The notes: generated by a model from the letters alone, not told the origin. DNA of 37,228 nt from Octopus sinensis (GCF_006345805.1 NW_021832285.1:1-37228); one strand, 5' to 3'. Counted from the stretch's first letter, positions 11,710-24,529 are shown. A program made the numbers and translations.

Positions 11710-12100
11710 AGGCGCAGGAGTGGCTGTGTGGTAAGTAGCTTGTTTACCAGCCACATGGTTCCGGGTTCAGTCCCACTGCGTGGCATCTTGGGCAAGTGTC
11801 TTCTACTATAGCCTCGGGCCGACCAAAGCCTTGTGAGTGGATTTGGTAGACGGAAACTGAAAGAAGCCCGTCGTATATATGTATATATATGTATGTGCGT
11901 GTATGTTTGTGTGTCTGTGTTTGTCCCCCTAGCATTGCTTGACAACCGATGCTGGTGTGTTTATGTCCCTGTCACTTAGCGGTTCGGCAAAAGAGACCGA
12001 TAGAATAAGTACTGGGCTTACAAATAAGTCCCGGGGTCGAGTTGCTCGATTAAAGGCGGTGCTCGAGCATGGCCGCAGTCAAAATGACTGAAACAAGTTA
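11710..12100 (+). mobile_element. SINE-B, full length
   Basis: head to tail match with other copies. Confidence 0.9.
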
Positions 12101-12176
12101 AAAAAAGATATATAAAAATAGGAAAAGATTAAACTTGTACGTATTTTAACTCAAAATATTTGTTTCATTCTTCCAG

Positions 12177-12248
12177 ATATTTGAGGAACAACCGAATACA
12201 AAACTTTGAGGATGGCACCTTCTTATTCCTTCCCAGTTTAACTAAGAT
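12177..12248 (+). CDS. LRR exon 6: YLRNNRIQNFEDGTFLFLPSLTKI
   Basis: tttcattcttccag acceptor, GTATGT donor, 72 nt, LRR consensus. Confidence 0.92.
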
Positions 12249-12429
12249 GTATGTACAGTAAATCTTTGTTTATTGGAAAAATAAAACTCTTTGTAAAAAT
12301 TAAATCATAAAAAAGATGTCATCAACTTCTCGGTTATTTAATACAGTTGACAATAAATAGCAATGAGTTTGTGTAAATTTTAGTGGGTCAACATGATTAT
12401 TTCCGAGAATTGTGTTTTTTATTGCAACA

Positions 12430-12685
12430 TGTATATGTATATGTATATGTATATATATGTTTGTGTGTTTGTGTGTCTGTGTTTGTCCCCCCGCCAACAT
12501 CGCTTGACAACCGATGCTGGTGTGTTTACGTCCCTGTAACTTAGTGGTTCGGCAAAAGATACCGATAGAGTAAGTACTAGGCTTGCAAAGAATAAGTCCT
12601 GGGGTCGATGTAAAGGCGGTGCTCCAGCATGGCCGCAGTCAAATGACTGAAACAAGTAAAAGAGTACAAGAGTACAAGAGTAAAG
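12430..12685 (+). mobile_element. SINE-B 3' half
   Basis: microsatellite + tail segment. Confidence 0.82.
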
Positions 12686-12698
12686 GAAGCTTGGATTA

Positions 12699-13262
12699 CG
12701 AAGGGCGTTCAAAGAATATCCGAATTTTATTATTTCCTTGACACTCTCTCCATGAACAAATCCTCCGTTAAAACGGAATGCACGGATCCCCTGCTTATTT
12801 CAACTTCGTGAGTAATTTTCTGGATTGTTACAAAACAATCTTCAATGACTGTTTACCGAACCTTCTCAATCGGTTCCTCGTTTCGGCTCATTGATGGCCT
12901 GCCTGAGAGTGACTCGCACGCCACGGAGGTCGGGTTATATTTCAAACAGTTGTACCATTCTTTGAGATAAGTTTTGTTAAGGGCTTGCTGAAATTTCTAG
13001 ATGTATAACCAGGCTTTTGGCAAAATTGGGAATAATATCTCTACTCTAAGCGTTCGGTCATCTTGTGTGAAAACGAAACTCTGAAGAGCGCGCATTACGC
13101 CTCTGTACTTTAGGCGTAACGACCGAAAACTGACGTAACTTAACGACACAAAAATTTTGACGCATGCGCAGGAAGAATAACGTCGCCTCTCATCCAAAGG
13201 ATTTTGCCCACGCACCAATAGTTTTGGAGGGAAAAAATTAAGTACTGTTTGAACGTTCCTTG
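12699..13262 (-). mobile_element. Internally deleted mariner element
   Basis: TA-flanked imperfect TIRs cgaagggcgttcaaa / tttgaacgttccttg; minus strand EWYNCLK..SGRPSMSRNEEPIEKVR*..ISRGSVHSVLTEDLFMERVS matches the mariner HTH region. Confidence 0.85.
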
Positions 13263-13331
13263 TACATTTGATAAATTGGAGTTGGTTCAATGGTTTACAC
13301 ACCACTCACACACAAACACATATATTAGAAA

Positions 13332-13708
13332 CTGGCAGTATCGCTCGGCGTTGCTCGGGTTTGTAAGGGAAATAACTATATAAGCATTTTTAGAGAGTTA
13401 TAGCCAAAAAATAGCAAAAAAAATGCATTAAAAATGGAAAAAAAATTATAGTAAATTTTTTTTAAAATCGATGACTCACCGTAGACATTTTTAGAGAGTT
13501 ACTTCCCTTATATAATAGCGAAAAAAATGCATTAAAAATGGGAAAAAATGATGGCAAATTTTTTTTTAATCGTAGACTCATCGTAGACGCGCGCTAATAC
13601 CCAGAAGGGCTCGATATGAATCACGACTATAAGATACCCGGTTTTGGTTAAACTGCACCGCAAAATGTGGGAGTAGTTAGGAATCTACTTCACTTTTATA
13701 TATAAAGA
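13332..13708 (-). mobile_element. Non-autonomous Helitron (variant 1)
   Basis: minus strand starts A|TC and ends with a GC hairpin (cccgagcaacgccgagcg) then CCAG|T (mutated CTAG). Confidence 0.72.
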
Positions 13709-14066
13709 TTTAGGAAATCTCGAGCACGAGAGAATAACCGTGAAAAAGCTCAGAAGGTTGAGTAAAAATAACTATTTATGATGGGGAAAAATCCGCGGCA
13801 GAAATTCGAACTGTATACCGGTCAAATTCCGTACGAGTGGCCTGTACCTTTGAGCTAAACTATCTTTGATAATGAATGCTGTCTTTCATAATGTTAAATC
13901 ATAACTTTTAGAATGTGTAAGCATTTTTTTTTATATAAACAAACATTGAAATGTCGAGTGCGTTCAATCTTGTAGCCGGTTGCTGGACACATTACTCCGT
14001 CTTAAAATTAAAGTAGTTTTACCCGACCTTCTAAGCTCTTTTAATAACTATTCTCCTGCGTTCGAT

Positions 14067-14457
14067 GTGGAGGCGCAATGGCCCAGTGGTTAGGGCAGTG
14101 GACTCGCGGTCATAGGATCGCGGTTTCGATTCCCAGACCGGGCGTTGTGAGTGTTTATTGAGCGAAAACACCTAAAAAGCTCCACAAGGCTCCGGCAGGG
14201 GATGGTGGTGATCCCTGTTGTACTCTTTCACCACAACTTTCTCTCACTCTTTCTTCCTGTTTCTGTTGTACCTGTATTTCAAGGGGCCGGCCTTGTCACT
14301 CTCTGTGTCACGCTGAATATCCCCGAGAACTACGTTAAGGGTGCACGTGTCCGTGGAGTGCTCAGTCACTTGCACGTTAATTTCACGAGCAGGCTGTTCC
14401 GTTGATTCGGATCAACCGGAACCCTCGTCGTCGTAACCGACGGAGTGCTTCCCCCCC
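14067..14457 (+). mobile_element. SINE family C
   Basis: TSD cctgcgttcga at 14055-14065 and 14458-14468. Confidence 0.9.
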
Positions 14458-15165
14458 CCTGCGTTCGAGATTTTCTTAAATACAAATACAAACTCGGCGC
14501 TGCTTCAATGCTTGTATATAAAGAAATGTTCTCACATATAATTATATATATATATTTGTTTGTTTTTTTGTTTTTCTCGTTTCTACGTCTTATTGTGGTG
14601 TCCTGTACTCACGTATAATTATTTATATATGCATGTATATATACATGTAGATGTAGGTACATACATATATGTTTGTATGTATGCATATATTTTAATTTAT
14701 CACGTATATGTATATATATGTATATAGTCAAGACTATTGAAAAGGTTGCAAGACGCAATGAAAAGTTTAGGAAAATGAAAAGACGAAATAAGTGGAAATC
14801 TTACCGTTGAGTGTGTTAAATAATAAGGTACTAAAAGAGAATGACCCTCCCCAGACACAACAGAATATGATTCAACACACGAACTCATATAAAGAATCTT
14901 GCAAACCAAATCCAAAAACGAAGTATATATATATATACATACATATATACATACAGACATACATGATTCTTATATATTTGTATATTTTTATATGATGTTT
15001 ATATATGTATATATTACTATATTTTTAAACGTCGGACTTTATGTCTGTTCTGTAGATATAAATGAATATATGAATATATATATATGTGTTTGATCTTTCT
15101 GTGGATTTTGTAATGTTCCTTCTGTTGCTGCTCACATTGCCCTCACCCCTTGGATTAATAAGGGT

Positions 15166-15220
<55 letters not shown>

Positions 15221-15330
15221 GTCAATAATAAAAGGGTAAAATTAATTAATTATTAATCAATTTTACTAAGTAGTGTTCAGTATGTAAGACCATTTACGGT
15301 ATATTTAAAACATTACGTTATATACATTAC

Positions 15331-15505
15331 GTTCAGTAAAAAAATTTACTTTGCCACACACCGAACTTTTAGAAATAGCAGCCAAATTATTTTTGAGTAT
15401 ACTTTGTCTGGGAGACTTTTCTTATAGTAGAAGAAATAGCTAAGATCTTTTGGCTGCTATTTCTAAAAGTTCGGTGTGTGGTAAAGTAAATTTTTTTTAC
15501 TGAAC
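15331..15505. repeat. ~56-bp near-perfect inverted repeat with ~60-bp spacer (MITE-like)
   Basis: 15331-15386 is the near reverse complement of 15448-15505. Confidence 0.85.
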
Positions 15506-16012
15506 CCTAATTATATAAAATATATATATATATATACAAATTGAGACAGGGGTTGTAAATGCAACCCTCTATGGGATAATATATATCCAATATACTGCTA
15601 GTGAAGTACCCAACAAAGTTAATACATAAATGTTAATGATTGCGATGCAATCAATTCATTTACTGTATTATATGGGCAAAGGTAAAATGATTTACCACAA
15701 ATTACTAATACAAGATCAGAAAATGGAGAAATACATCTAAATCAAATATCAATTACTAGATAATACTCAATCACATACTTTATTAAACCACCACATAAGA
15801 GACTGTAGGGTTAAACATAAAAAAGCAGAACAAATCAGTGTACATAAAGGAATGTACATAAAAAAGTGTACATAAAAGAGTAATGTTGTATAATAAGTAG
15901 AATATATATACCATTTTCTTATCTTGTATATATATATATATATATTTATATACAACAGGATTTCCCTATACCTCTTTAGCACATTCACGTAGAGTTCTGT
16001 TTATAATTGCAG

Positions 16013-16182
16013 TGACCTCAAAGAAAATAGAGACATGAGGTGTGGATGTCACCTGCCAGCCTTGGTAAATTATGTGAACAGAACGTTCAACATAGATTTG
16101 AATGTCCAGGGCGAGTGTCAGACAGATCCAGGCAACAACCAAAACAAAATTATACCTATAATGGAATTCTCGCAATGTCAAA
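16013..16182 (+). CDS. LRRCT exon: DLKENRDMRCGCHLPALVNYVNRTFNIDLNVQGECQTDPGNNQNKIIPIMEFSQCQ
   Basis: ttataattgcag acceptor, GTTAGT donor; xLxxN..CxCxL..C..C four-Cys LRR C-cap pattern; phase 2 in, phase 1 out. Confidence 0.88.
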
Positions 16183-16759
16183 GTTAGTAAAATCTTCCTT
16201 ATTTTTGTTGTTATTTTATTATTACCCTTGAGTGTGGCGAGTTTGCACATTTGTTGACTCGCCGAACATAACGCTTTGAGATAGTTCGTTCATCGTTACG
16301 GTCTGAGTTCAAACTCCACCGAGGTCCATTTTGCCTTTCATTTTCTCGATGTCGATAAAATAAATATCGACTATCACCCTCCCCACAAGTTTCAAGCCTT
16401 GTGGCTTGTTACCACTAAGAAAACTCCGGGATATTCTCTCCTGCTCATATTAAATTGTCTTCTAAAACAAGGCCCCAAAATATAAAGAATAAACGCTTTG
16501 CCGAGTGGTTAGAGCAGCGGACTCGCGGTCGAGGGATCACGGGTTCGAATCTCAGACCGGGCGAAGTGTTTGTTTATGAGTGAAACACCTAAGCTCCACG
16601 CTTCCACACCATACACATAGATAAACGCATGTGCACATATACTATCATATACTTGCGCGAGCGCGAACACACACATGCACACACACACACACAGACACAT
16701 GGTTTCTCTAATGTACTTACACACAGAGTCAATTGTACCACACAAATACGCATCGATAC

Positions 16760-17163
16760 CTATTTCTTTACTACCCACAAGGGGCTAAACACAGAGAGGA
16801 CAAACAAGGACAGAGAAACGGATTAAGTCGATTACGCCGCCCCCAGTGCGTAACTGGTACTTAATTTATCGACCCCGAAAGGATGAAAGGCAAAGTCGAC
16901 CTCGGCGGAATTTGAACTTAGAAAGTAAAGACAGACGAAATACCTATTTCTTTACTACCCACAAGGGGCTAAACACAGGGGAGACAAACAAGGACAGACA
17001 AAGGGATTGTCGATTATATCGACCCTAGTACTTAATTTATCGACCCTGAAAGGATGAAAGGCAAAGTCGACCTCGGCGGAATTTGAACTCAGAACGTAGC
17101 GGCAGACGAAATACTGCTAAGCATTTCGTCCGGCGTGCTACGATTCTGCCAGCGCGCCGCCTT
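16760..17163 (-). mobile_element. SINE-A dimer
   Basis: 14-bp TSD atacgcatcgatac at 16746-16759 and 17164-17177. Confidence 0.9.
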
Positions 17164-17526
17164 ATACGCATCGATACATGCCAACACAAATACACCAGAG
17201 TGCACATACACACACACATACGCACGCGGCTCTCTCTCCCTATTTCTCACTTCTACACTCACACGTACCTTCCCATTCACATATCTACATAAATATATAA
17301 GCGAAAATTTAAGAGACAGACTCGAAACTGATTTGAAGTAGAGAATGGATATTGTTAAAGACGTCGCGTTGGCAACGAAAGGACCACGACTCACTGATTC
17401 ATGAACTAAATGAAGAACCAAGCAATGGATTAGTTAATTGGTTAAATTGCTAATCAATTAAACGAATAATAAATAAGTAAATAGAAGCAGTGCGTGTGTT
17501 TTAGCATAATGACCCTCTCGAAATAC

Positions 17527-17722
17527 TCTCTTTACTCTTTTACTTGCTTCAGTCATTTGACTGCGGCCATGCTGGAGCATCGCCTTTAGTCGAGCAAATC
17601 GAGCCCGGGACTTATTCTATCGGTCTGTTTTGCCGAACCGCTAAGTGACGGGGACCTAAACACACCAGCATCGGTTGTCAAGCAATGCTAGGGGGACAAA
17701 CACAGACACACAAACACACACG

Positions 17723-17753
<31 letters not shown>

Positions 17754-17776
17754 ACACACACACACACACACACACA

Positions 17777-17841
<65 letters not shown>

Positions 17842-18005
17842 TACGACAGGCTTCTTTCAGTTTCCTTCTACCAAATCCACTCACAAGGCTTTGGTCGGCC
17901 CGAGGCTATAGAACAAGATACTTGCCCAAGGTGCCACGTAGTGGGACTGAACCCGGAACCATGTGGTAAACAAGCAAGCTACTTACCACACAGCCACTCC
18001 TGCGA
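17527..18005 (-). mobile_element. SINE-B with expanded internal (CA)/(TA) microsatellite
   Basis: reverse-complement match to other copies. Confidence 0.88.
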
Positions 18006-18164
18006 CTCATCAAATTCCTTGGCATTCCACCCTCAAAATTGATGTTTACAGAAAAGTCAAACTCACTATCTTCAATTTTGTTTCCGTTTTTAGCCTCCCA
18101 TTTGCTCATGAACGTTGGGTAATAAGCAACGTTCTTGAACATATTATTGCAGGTTTCGAATGAT

Positions 18165-18482
18165 GCTACCCCAACCACATGGTTCCACGTTCAGTCCCAC
18201 TGCGTGTTTTCTACTACAGCCTCGGGCCGACCAAAGTGGATTTGGTAGACGGAAACTGAAAGAAGCCCATCGTATATATGTATATGTATATATATGTTTG
18301 TGTGTCTATGTTTGTCCCCCCCCCCCAACATCGCCTGACAACCGAATCTGGTGTGTTTACGTCCCGGTAAGTTAGTGGTTCGGCAAAAGATACCGATAGA
18401 ATAAGTCCTGGGGGTCGATGTGATCGACTAAAGGCGATGCTCCAGAATGACCGCAGTCAAATGACTGAAACAAGTAAAAGAG
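18165..18482 (+). mobile_element. SINE-B, partial
   Basis: match to other copies with deletions. Confidence 0.8.
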
Positions 18483-18495
18483 TTATAGAGTACAA

Positions 18496-18671
18496 GATTA
18501 TTATTACTACTACTACTACTACTAATATTATTATTATTGTTATTACTACTACTACTATTATTATTATTATTATTATTACTACTATTACTACTATTATTAT
18601 TATTATTGTTATTATTATTATTATTATTACTATTATTATTATTATTATTACTACTACTACTATTATTATTA

Positions 18672-18714
<43 letters not shown>

Positions 18715-19013
18715 CATTATTATTATTATTATTATTACTATTACTATTACTATTATTATTATTATTATTATTACTACTACTATTATTATTATTATTGTTA
18801 TTATTACTATTACTATTACTATTATTATTATTATTATTACTACTACTATTATTATTATCATTATTATTATTATTATTATTACTATTACTATTACTATTAT
18901 TATTATTATTATTACTACTACTACTATTATTATTATTATTATTATTACTATTATTATTATTATTATTATTATTACTACTACTATTACTATTATTATTATT
19001 ATTATTATTATTA
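18496..19013. repeat. (ATT/ACT)n microsatellite
   Basis: direct inspection. Confidence 0.95.
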
Positions 19014-19560
19014 GTGAGTGAGAGAGCAGTTCATGCCATCAAAGTGACACTGGGGTAAAATATACGAAGCCCAATATACCCATCATGACTACCCGTCTGA
19101 TAAGGGTACACCAGGCACATGCATCACAACCATATGTGCGCGACATGGTGATCTCATATCAAGATAAACAGCACATGACCTTGCAGGTGGGGCCCAGTTA
19201 GAATTTTCTTCAGGTTGAGTAGCCATCCCGCTCAAACGGTCCTGAATAAGGGTTGTTTAAGGATGTTGAAAGAACCACCCATGTTTCCAGAGGTGAATTA
19301 TTCAACCCCCAAAGAATCCCTCTCAACACATGGCTATGATGCTCCCCCACTACTTCTGCTCGTGATCAGAGATGCACATATCGTCAGCCACTAAGGGACA
19401 TGCTCAACTGGTTAACGTCAAACAACTGACAAGCAAATCTGTGGTATTGAGCAGAATATTTGCTGTAGCCCATCTTTTATACCAAGACAAAACAATGTAC
19501 ATGATAACACTTCCAATCAGTTAAGATCAGAAGCCATGAGAGCCTTTGCCTGGTACTGCA
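19014..19560 (+). mobile_element. Unclassified ~550-bp interspersed element E embedded in (ATT)n
   Basis: second copy in reverse orientation at 20157-20699; no ORF. Confidence 0.75.
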
Positions 19561-19846
19561 TCAGGGCATCTAAGGGACTACTATTATTATTATTATTATT
19601 GTAAGCTTGGATTATGAAGAAAGGAAAAAGTAGTGATAGCAAAATCCAAAAGACAAGGGCAACAAATAGCTCTCATAGTTTTCTTGGTTGAATTTGAATC
19701 GTAACTGAAGCAATTGCGATTGAAAATCGTAACATATTTGTAGTCTTCATTAATAATGTGGTTTATATGTCTCACATGTATTGGTACCCAAACTAACACA
19801 CACACATTTGCTTTGCACTTGGAAGTAGTTATTTCCTCTTTTTATA

Positions 19847-19852
19847 ATGATG

Positions 19853-19901
<49 letters not shown>

Positions 19902-20066
19902 AAATAATAATGATAATAAATAATAATAATAATGATAATAATAATAAAAATAATGATAATAATAATGATAATGATAATAATGATAATAATAATAATAATG
20001 ATAATAATAATAATAATAATGATAATAATAATATTAATGATAATAATAATGATAATAATAATAATG

Positions 20067-20109
<43 letters not shown>

Positions 20110-20156
20110 TGATGATGATGATGATAATAATAATAATAATGAATAATAATAATAAT
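19847..20156. repeat. (AAT/GAT)n microsatellite
   Basis: direct inspection. Confidence 0.95.
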
Positions 20157-20699
20157 CCAGTACCAGGCAGTGGCTCTCGTGGCTTCTGATCTTAAACGAT
20201 TGGAAGTGTTATCATGTATATTGTTTTGTCTTGGTATAAAAGATGGACTTCAGCAAATATTCTTCTCACTACCACAGATTTGCTTGTCGGTTGTTTGACC
20301 TTAACCAGTTGAGCATGTCCCTTTGTGGCTGACGATATGTGCATCTCTGATCACGAGCAGAAGTAGTGGGGGTATATCATAGCCATATGTTGAGAGGGAT
20401 TCTTTGGGGTTTGAATAATTCACCTCTGGAAACATGGGTGTTTCTTTCAACATCCTTAACCCTTATTCAGGGACCTTTTGAGCAAGATGGGTTACTTGAC
20501 CAGAAGAAAATTCTAACTGGGCCCCACCTGCAAGGTCATGTGCTGTTTATCTTGATATGAGATCACCATGTCGCGCACATATGGTTGTGATGCATGTGCC
20601 TGGTGTACCCTTATCAGAAGGGTAGTCATGATGGGTATACTGGGCTTCGTATATTTAACCCGAGTGTCACTTTGATGGCATGCACTGCTCTCTCACTCA
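20157..20699 (-). mobile_element. Element E, inverted copy embedded in (AAT)n
   Basis: reverse complement of 19014-19560. Confidence 0.75.
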
Positions 20700-20717
20700 A
20701 TAATAATAATAATAATA

Positions 20718-20754
<37 letters not shown>

Positions 20755-20781
20755 TGATAATAATAATGATAATAATAACTA

Positions 20782-21035
20782 AAAAAATGCACCCTTTTAA
20801 AGCCTATCCAGGCTCATGGGCCCGGTTCCCCGGTTTGTATGGTGTATGTGTTTCCCAGTTGGACGGGATGCCAGTCCATCACAGCGTTACTCATTTTTGC
20901 CAGCTGAGTGGACTGGAGCAACGTGAAAAGAAGTGTTTTGCTCAAGAACACAACGCGTCGCCCGGTCCCGGAATCGAAACCACAATCTTACGATCATGGT
21001 GCTGACACCCTAACCACTAAGCCACGCACCTCCAC
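20782..21035 (-). mobile_element. tRNA-like SINE family F
   Basis: minus strand gtggaggtgcgtggcttagtggttagg..ggtttcgattcc..gtgttcttgagcaaaacac head. Confidence 0.78.
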
Positions 21036-21568
21036 AATAATAATAATAATAATAATAGTAGTAATAATAATAATAATAATAATAATAATGATAACAATAA
21101 TAATAATAATAGTAGTAGTAGTAGCAGTAATAATAATAATATAATAATAATAATAATAGTAGTAATAATATAAATAATAATAATAATAATGATATTAATA
21201 GTAGTAATAATAATAATAGCAATGATAATAATAATAGTAGTAGTAGTAATAATAATAATAATAATAATAATAATATTAGTAGTAGTAGTAGTAATAATAA
21301 TAATAATGATAATAATAATAATAATAATAATAATAAAATAATAATAATAGTAATAATAATAATAATAATAATAATGATATTAATAGTAGTAATAATAATA
21401 ATAGCAATGATAATAATAATAGTAGTAGTAGTAGTAATAATAATAATAATAATAATAATAATATTAGTAGTAGTAGTAGTAATAATAATAATAATGATAA
21501 TAATAATAATAATAATAATAATATAATAATAATAATAATAACAATGATGATGATAATGATAATAATTA
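21036..21568. repeat. (AAT/AGT)n microsatellite
   Basis: direct inspection. Confidence 0.95.
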
Positions 21569-21611
21569 TACGTTAGGCTCCTAAATATCTGTATTTAATT
21601 ATATTGCGTAG

Positions 21612-21703
21612 ATTACTCGTTATTTCAACGGAATTTGCAATGTCAGACATGTTCACGGATGACGTGCAGCGCTTCAGATGTAAGAAGCTGTCCCGAAGCA
21701 GAG
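21612..21703 (+). CDS. Ly6/uPAR domain N-half: (N)YSLFQRNLQCQTCSRMTCSASDVRSCPEAE
   Basis: attgcgtag acceptor, GAG|GTAAAC donor; LxCxxC start typical of LU domains; phases fit both neighbours. Confidence 0.82.
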
Positions 21704-21805
21704 GTAAACAGAAATGTTACTTTATTCTTTTCTCTTATAAAATGTCCACAGCCGTCAGTGACTGCTTGTGTGGTCAGGGAACTTGCATCATGCTTTCGCT
21801 ATTTC

Positions 21806-22408
21806 TTTCTCTCTTTTCTCTCTTTTACTTGTTTCAGTCATTTGACTGCAGCCATGCTGGAGCACCGCCTTTAGTCGAGCAAATCGACCCCGGGACTTAT
21901 TCTTTGTAAGCCCAGTACTTATTCTATCGGTCTCTTTTCTCTTTTACTTGTTTCAGTCATTTGACTGCGGCCATGCTGGAGCACTGCCTTTAGTCGAGTA
22001 AATCGACCCCGGGACTTATTCTTTGTAAGCCCAGTACTTATTCTATCGGTCTCTTTTCTCTTTTACTTGTTTCAGTCATTTGACTGCGGCCATGCTGGAG
22101 CACCGCCTTTAGTCGAGTAGATCGACCCCGGGACTTATTCTTTTGTAAGCCTTGTACTTATTCTATCGGTCTTTTGCCGAACCGCTAAGTGACGGGGACG
22201 TAAACACACCAGCATCGGTTGTCAAGCGATGTTGGGGGGGGGGGGACAACACAAACACACAAACACGCAAACAGATATATACATATATACGACGGGCTTC
22301 TTTCAGTTTCCGTCTACCAAATCCACTCACAAGGCTTTGGTCGGCCCGAGGCTATAGTAGAAGACACTTGCCCAAGGTGCCATGCAGTGGGACTGAACCT
22401 GGAACCGT
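21806..22408 (-). mobile_element. SINE-B with triplicated 119-bp 3' segment
   Basis: repeat offsets 21823/21942/22061. Confidence 0.88.
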
Positions 22409-22844
22409 TCTGGATACTTAAATAATTACAAACAGATATAGACATCCTCTCGGTCGTCTCATCTTACACTCAGTGGAACAACAAGGATTAGACATTTTAA
22501 CGGAGTGACGGTGACCAACATTAGGCTGATACTCATTTGCAGCTGAGTAGACTGGAGCAACGTGAAATGAAGTGCCTTGTTCAAGAACTCAAGGTGCTAG
22601 TCTGTCTAGGAATCGAACCCACAAGAGGTGTGATCTCTTCCTTTTTCTTTCTCCGAAAAACATGGCTATACTCAGAGTGGGACGTATGAAGTACGTGTCC
22701 TGGAGTTAACTTGGAAGCAATCAATTGTGCCTCTTAACATGAGGAATAATAAAAGCATGAGCAAAGGACGAAACTCTAGAGGGTTTATTTATCTTGGAAA
22801 GAGGGACTGGGCATATAAGATTGTGCGGGATACTCTTTTACTAT

Positions 22845-23270
22845 TTTACTCTTTTACTCTTTTACTTGTTTCAGTCATTTGACTGCGGCCATGCTGGAGC
22901 ACCGCCTTTTAATCGAGCAACTCGACCCCGGGACTTATTCTTTTGTAAGCCCAGTACTTATTCTATCGGTCTCTTTTGCCGAACCGCTAAGTAACGGAGG
23001 CCATAAACACACCAGCATCGGTTGTCAAGCAATGCTAGGGGGACAAACACAGACACACAAACACACACACGCATTTATATACATAAATATATATATGTAC
23101 ATATATACGACGGGCTTCTTTCAGTTTCCGTCTACCAAATCCACTCACAAGGCTTTGGTCGGCCCGAGGCTATAGTAGAAGACACTTGCCCAAGGTGCCA
23201 CGCAGTGGGACTGAACCCGGAACCATGTGGTTGGTAAACAAGCTACTTACTACACAGCCACTCCTGCGCC
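22845..23270 (-). mobile_element. SINE-B, full length
   Basis: reverse-complement match to 11710-12100. Confidence 0.9.
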
Positions 23271-24529
23271 CATAGGATATGAACGGTGAGCAATGACCAA
23301 AAGGCATTGGAAGGGATGAGAAAGGGTAAGTGGTATGAAAACATCCAGGTCCAAGGTGTAGAAGCTACAGTCTTAGAAGTCAGAGGGGGAAGTACATTTG
23401 GGGTCTAGAGCTAGGAAAGGTTTGACGAGCAGCTTCATACCAAACTGTCAAGTGAAGTTTAGAAGGATGTCATCCAGGGCATCTGCTTTCTGCCATGAAG
23501 CTTTTCACACACACACACACACCAGTGCATGGTAGGGTATCACTGATGAACTACAATTTGCGGAAGAACTAATTAAATGGGGGCAATACTAAATCTCTGA
23601 ACGAGATGTAAACAATAACCGGTCGACAACGTAAAGAATACTTGCCATCTCAATATGGCTAACCACTAAGGGTGGGTGTTACTGTAGCTTTTAGCCCCAG
23701 GAGAACATCGTCTCCAGCTGGCTTTAGACACACTTTAGACACATTTTCTTGAGTTCTTTGTATTTTGTTTGGAACAGTAAATTTCTCAAGTGCTTCAACA
23801 AAAATGTTTGCCTCTTCAGCATTTCATTTTCAGAATGAAGCTACGTTGAGGTGTATTGTTGTCTTCCTTTATGTGAGCAGGTTAAAAGCGAAAGTTTGAT
23901 AATCAGATTTATATTCCACCATTAGGTGTTATTTCAGTGTCAGTTATCTGTGTATTTATTTTAGCATTGTCCTGTTATGGGTATTGCCTCCATCATTTAC
24001 TGCCTGTTTTTGTGTTTCATTCTGTGTGACATTGCTACTGATTTTCATTGTATTTCAATGAAGAGTAGTTACAATAAACTACATCCTACTGTACAAGACC
24101 GAACTAGATAGGAAAACTTTATCAAAAAGGTACAGTATGGCTAGTATTCTTTACGTTAATTAAATGGGATTGTCCATGTAATTTGAAGTCAAAATCTATC
24201 TTATAGACATTTTAAAAAATCAGAAAGAAGGGAGATAACTTCAATATCATCTGATCAAAAACTTTGGAAGCATAGTCCGTTGCTCAGTGACATCAGATAG
24301 CAAGATTCGCAGTGGTGGCCACGAGTGGAATCAGGATCACTGAACGGCATACTCTGATGTTAAGTTTTAATGATCTTCAGATATTCTTATCTCCTAAGAT
24401 CTTTCTATTTCAACAATTAAATTTGAAAGTATGGGCAGTCGTCCTTAAAATCACTGGACCTGAACGTTGCACAAAATTGGTCTGAAAGTAACAGCTTCCT
24501 ACTGCGAAAGGGCTGTCCTCAAGCTAGTG

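Noticed and set aside
23270-24480. Possible old LINE, Penelope or Tc1 fragments
   Set aside because: Only faint motif hints with many stops; I could not classify them by eye.
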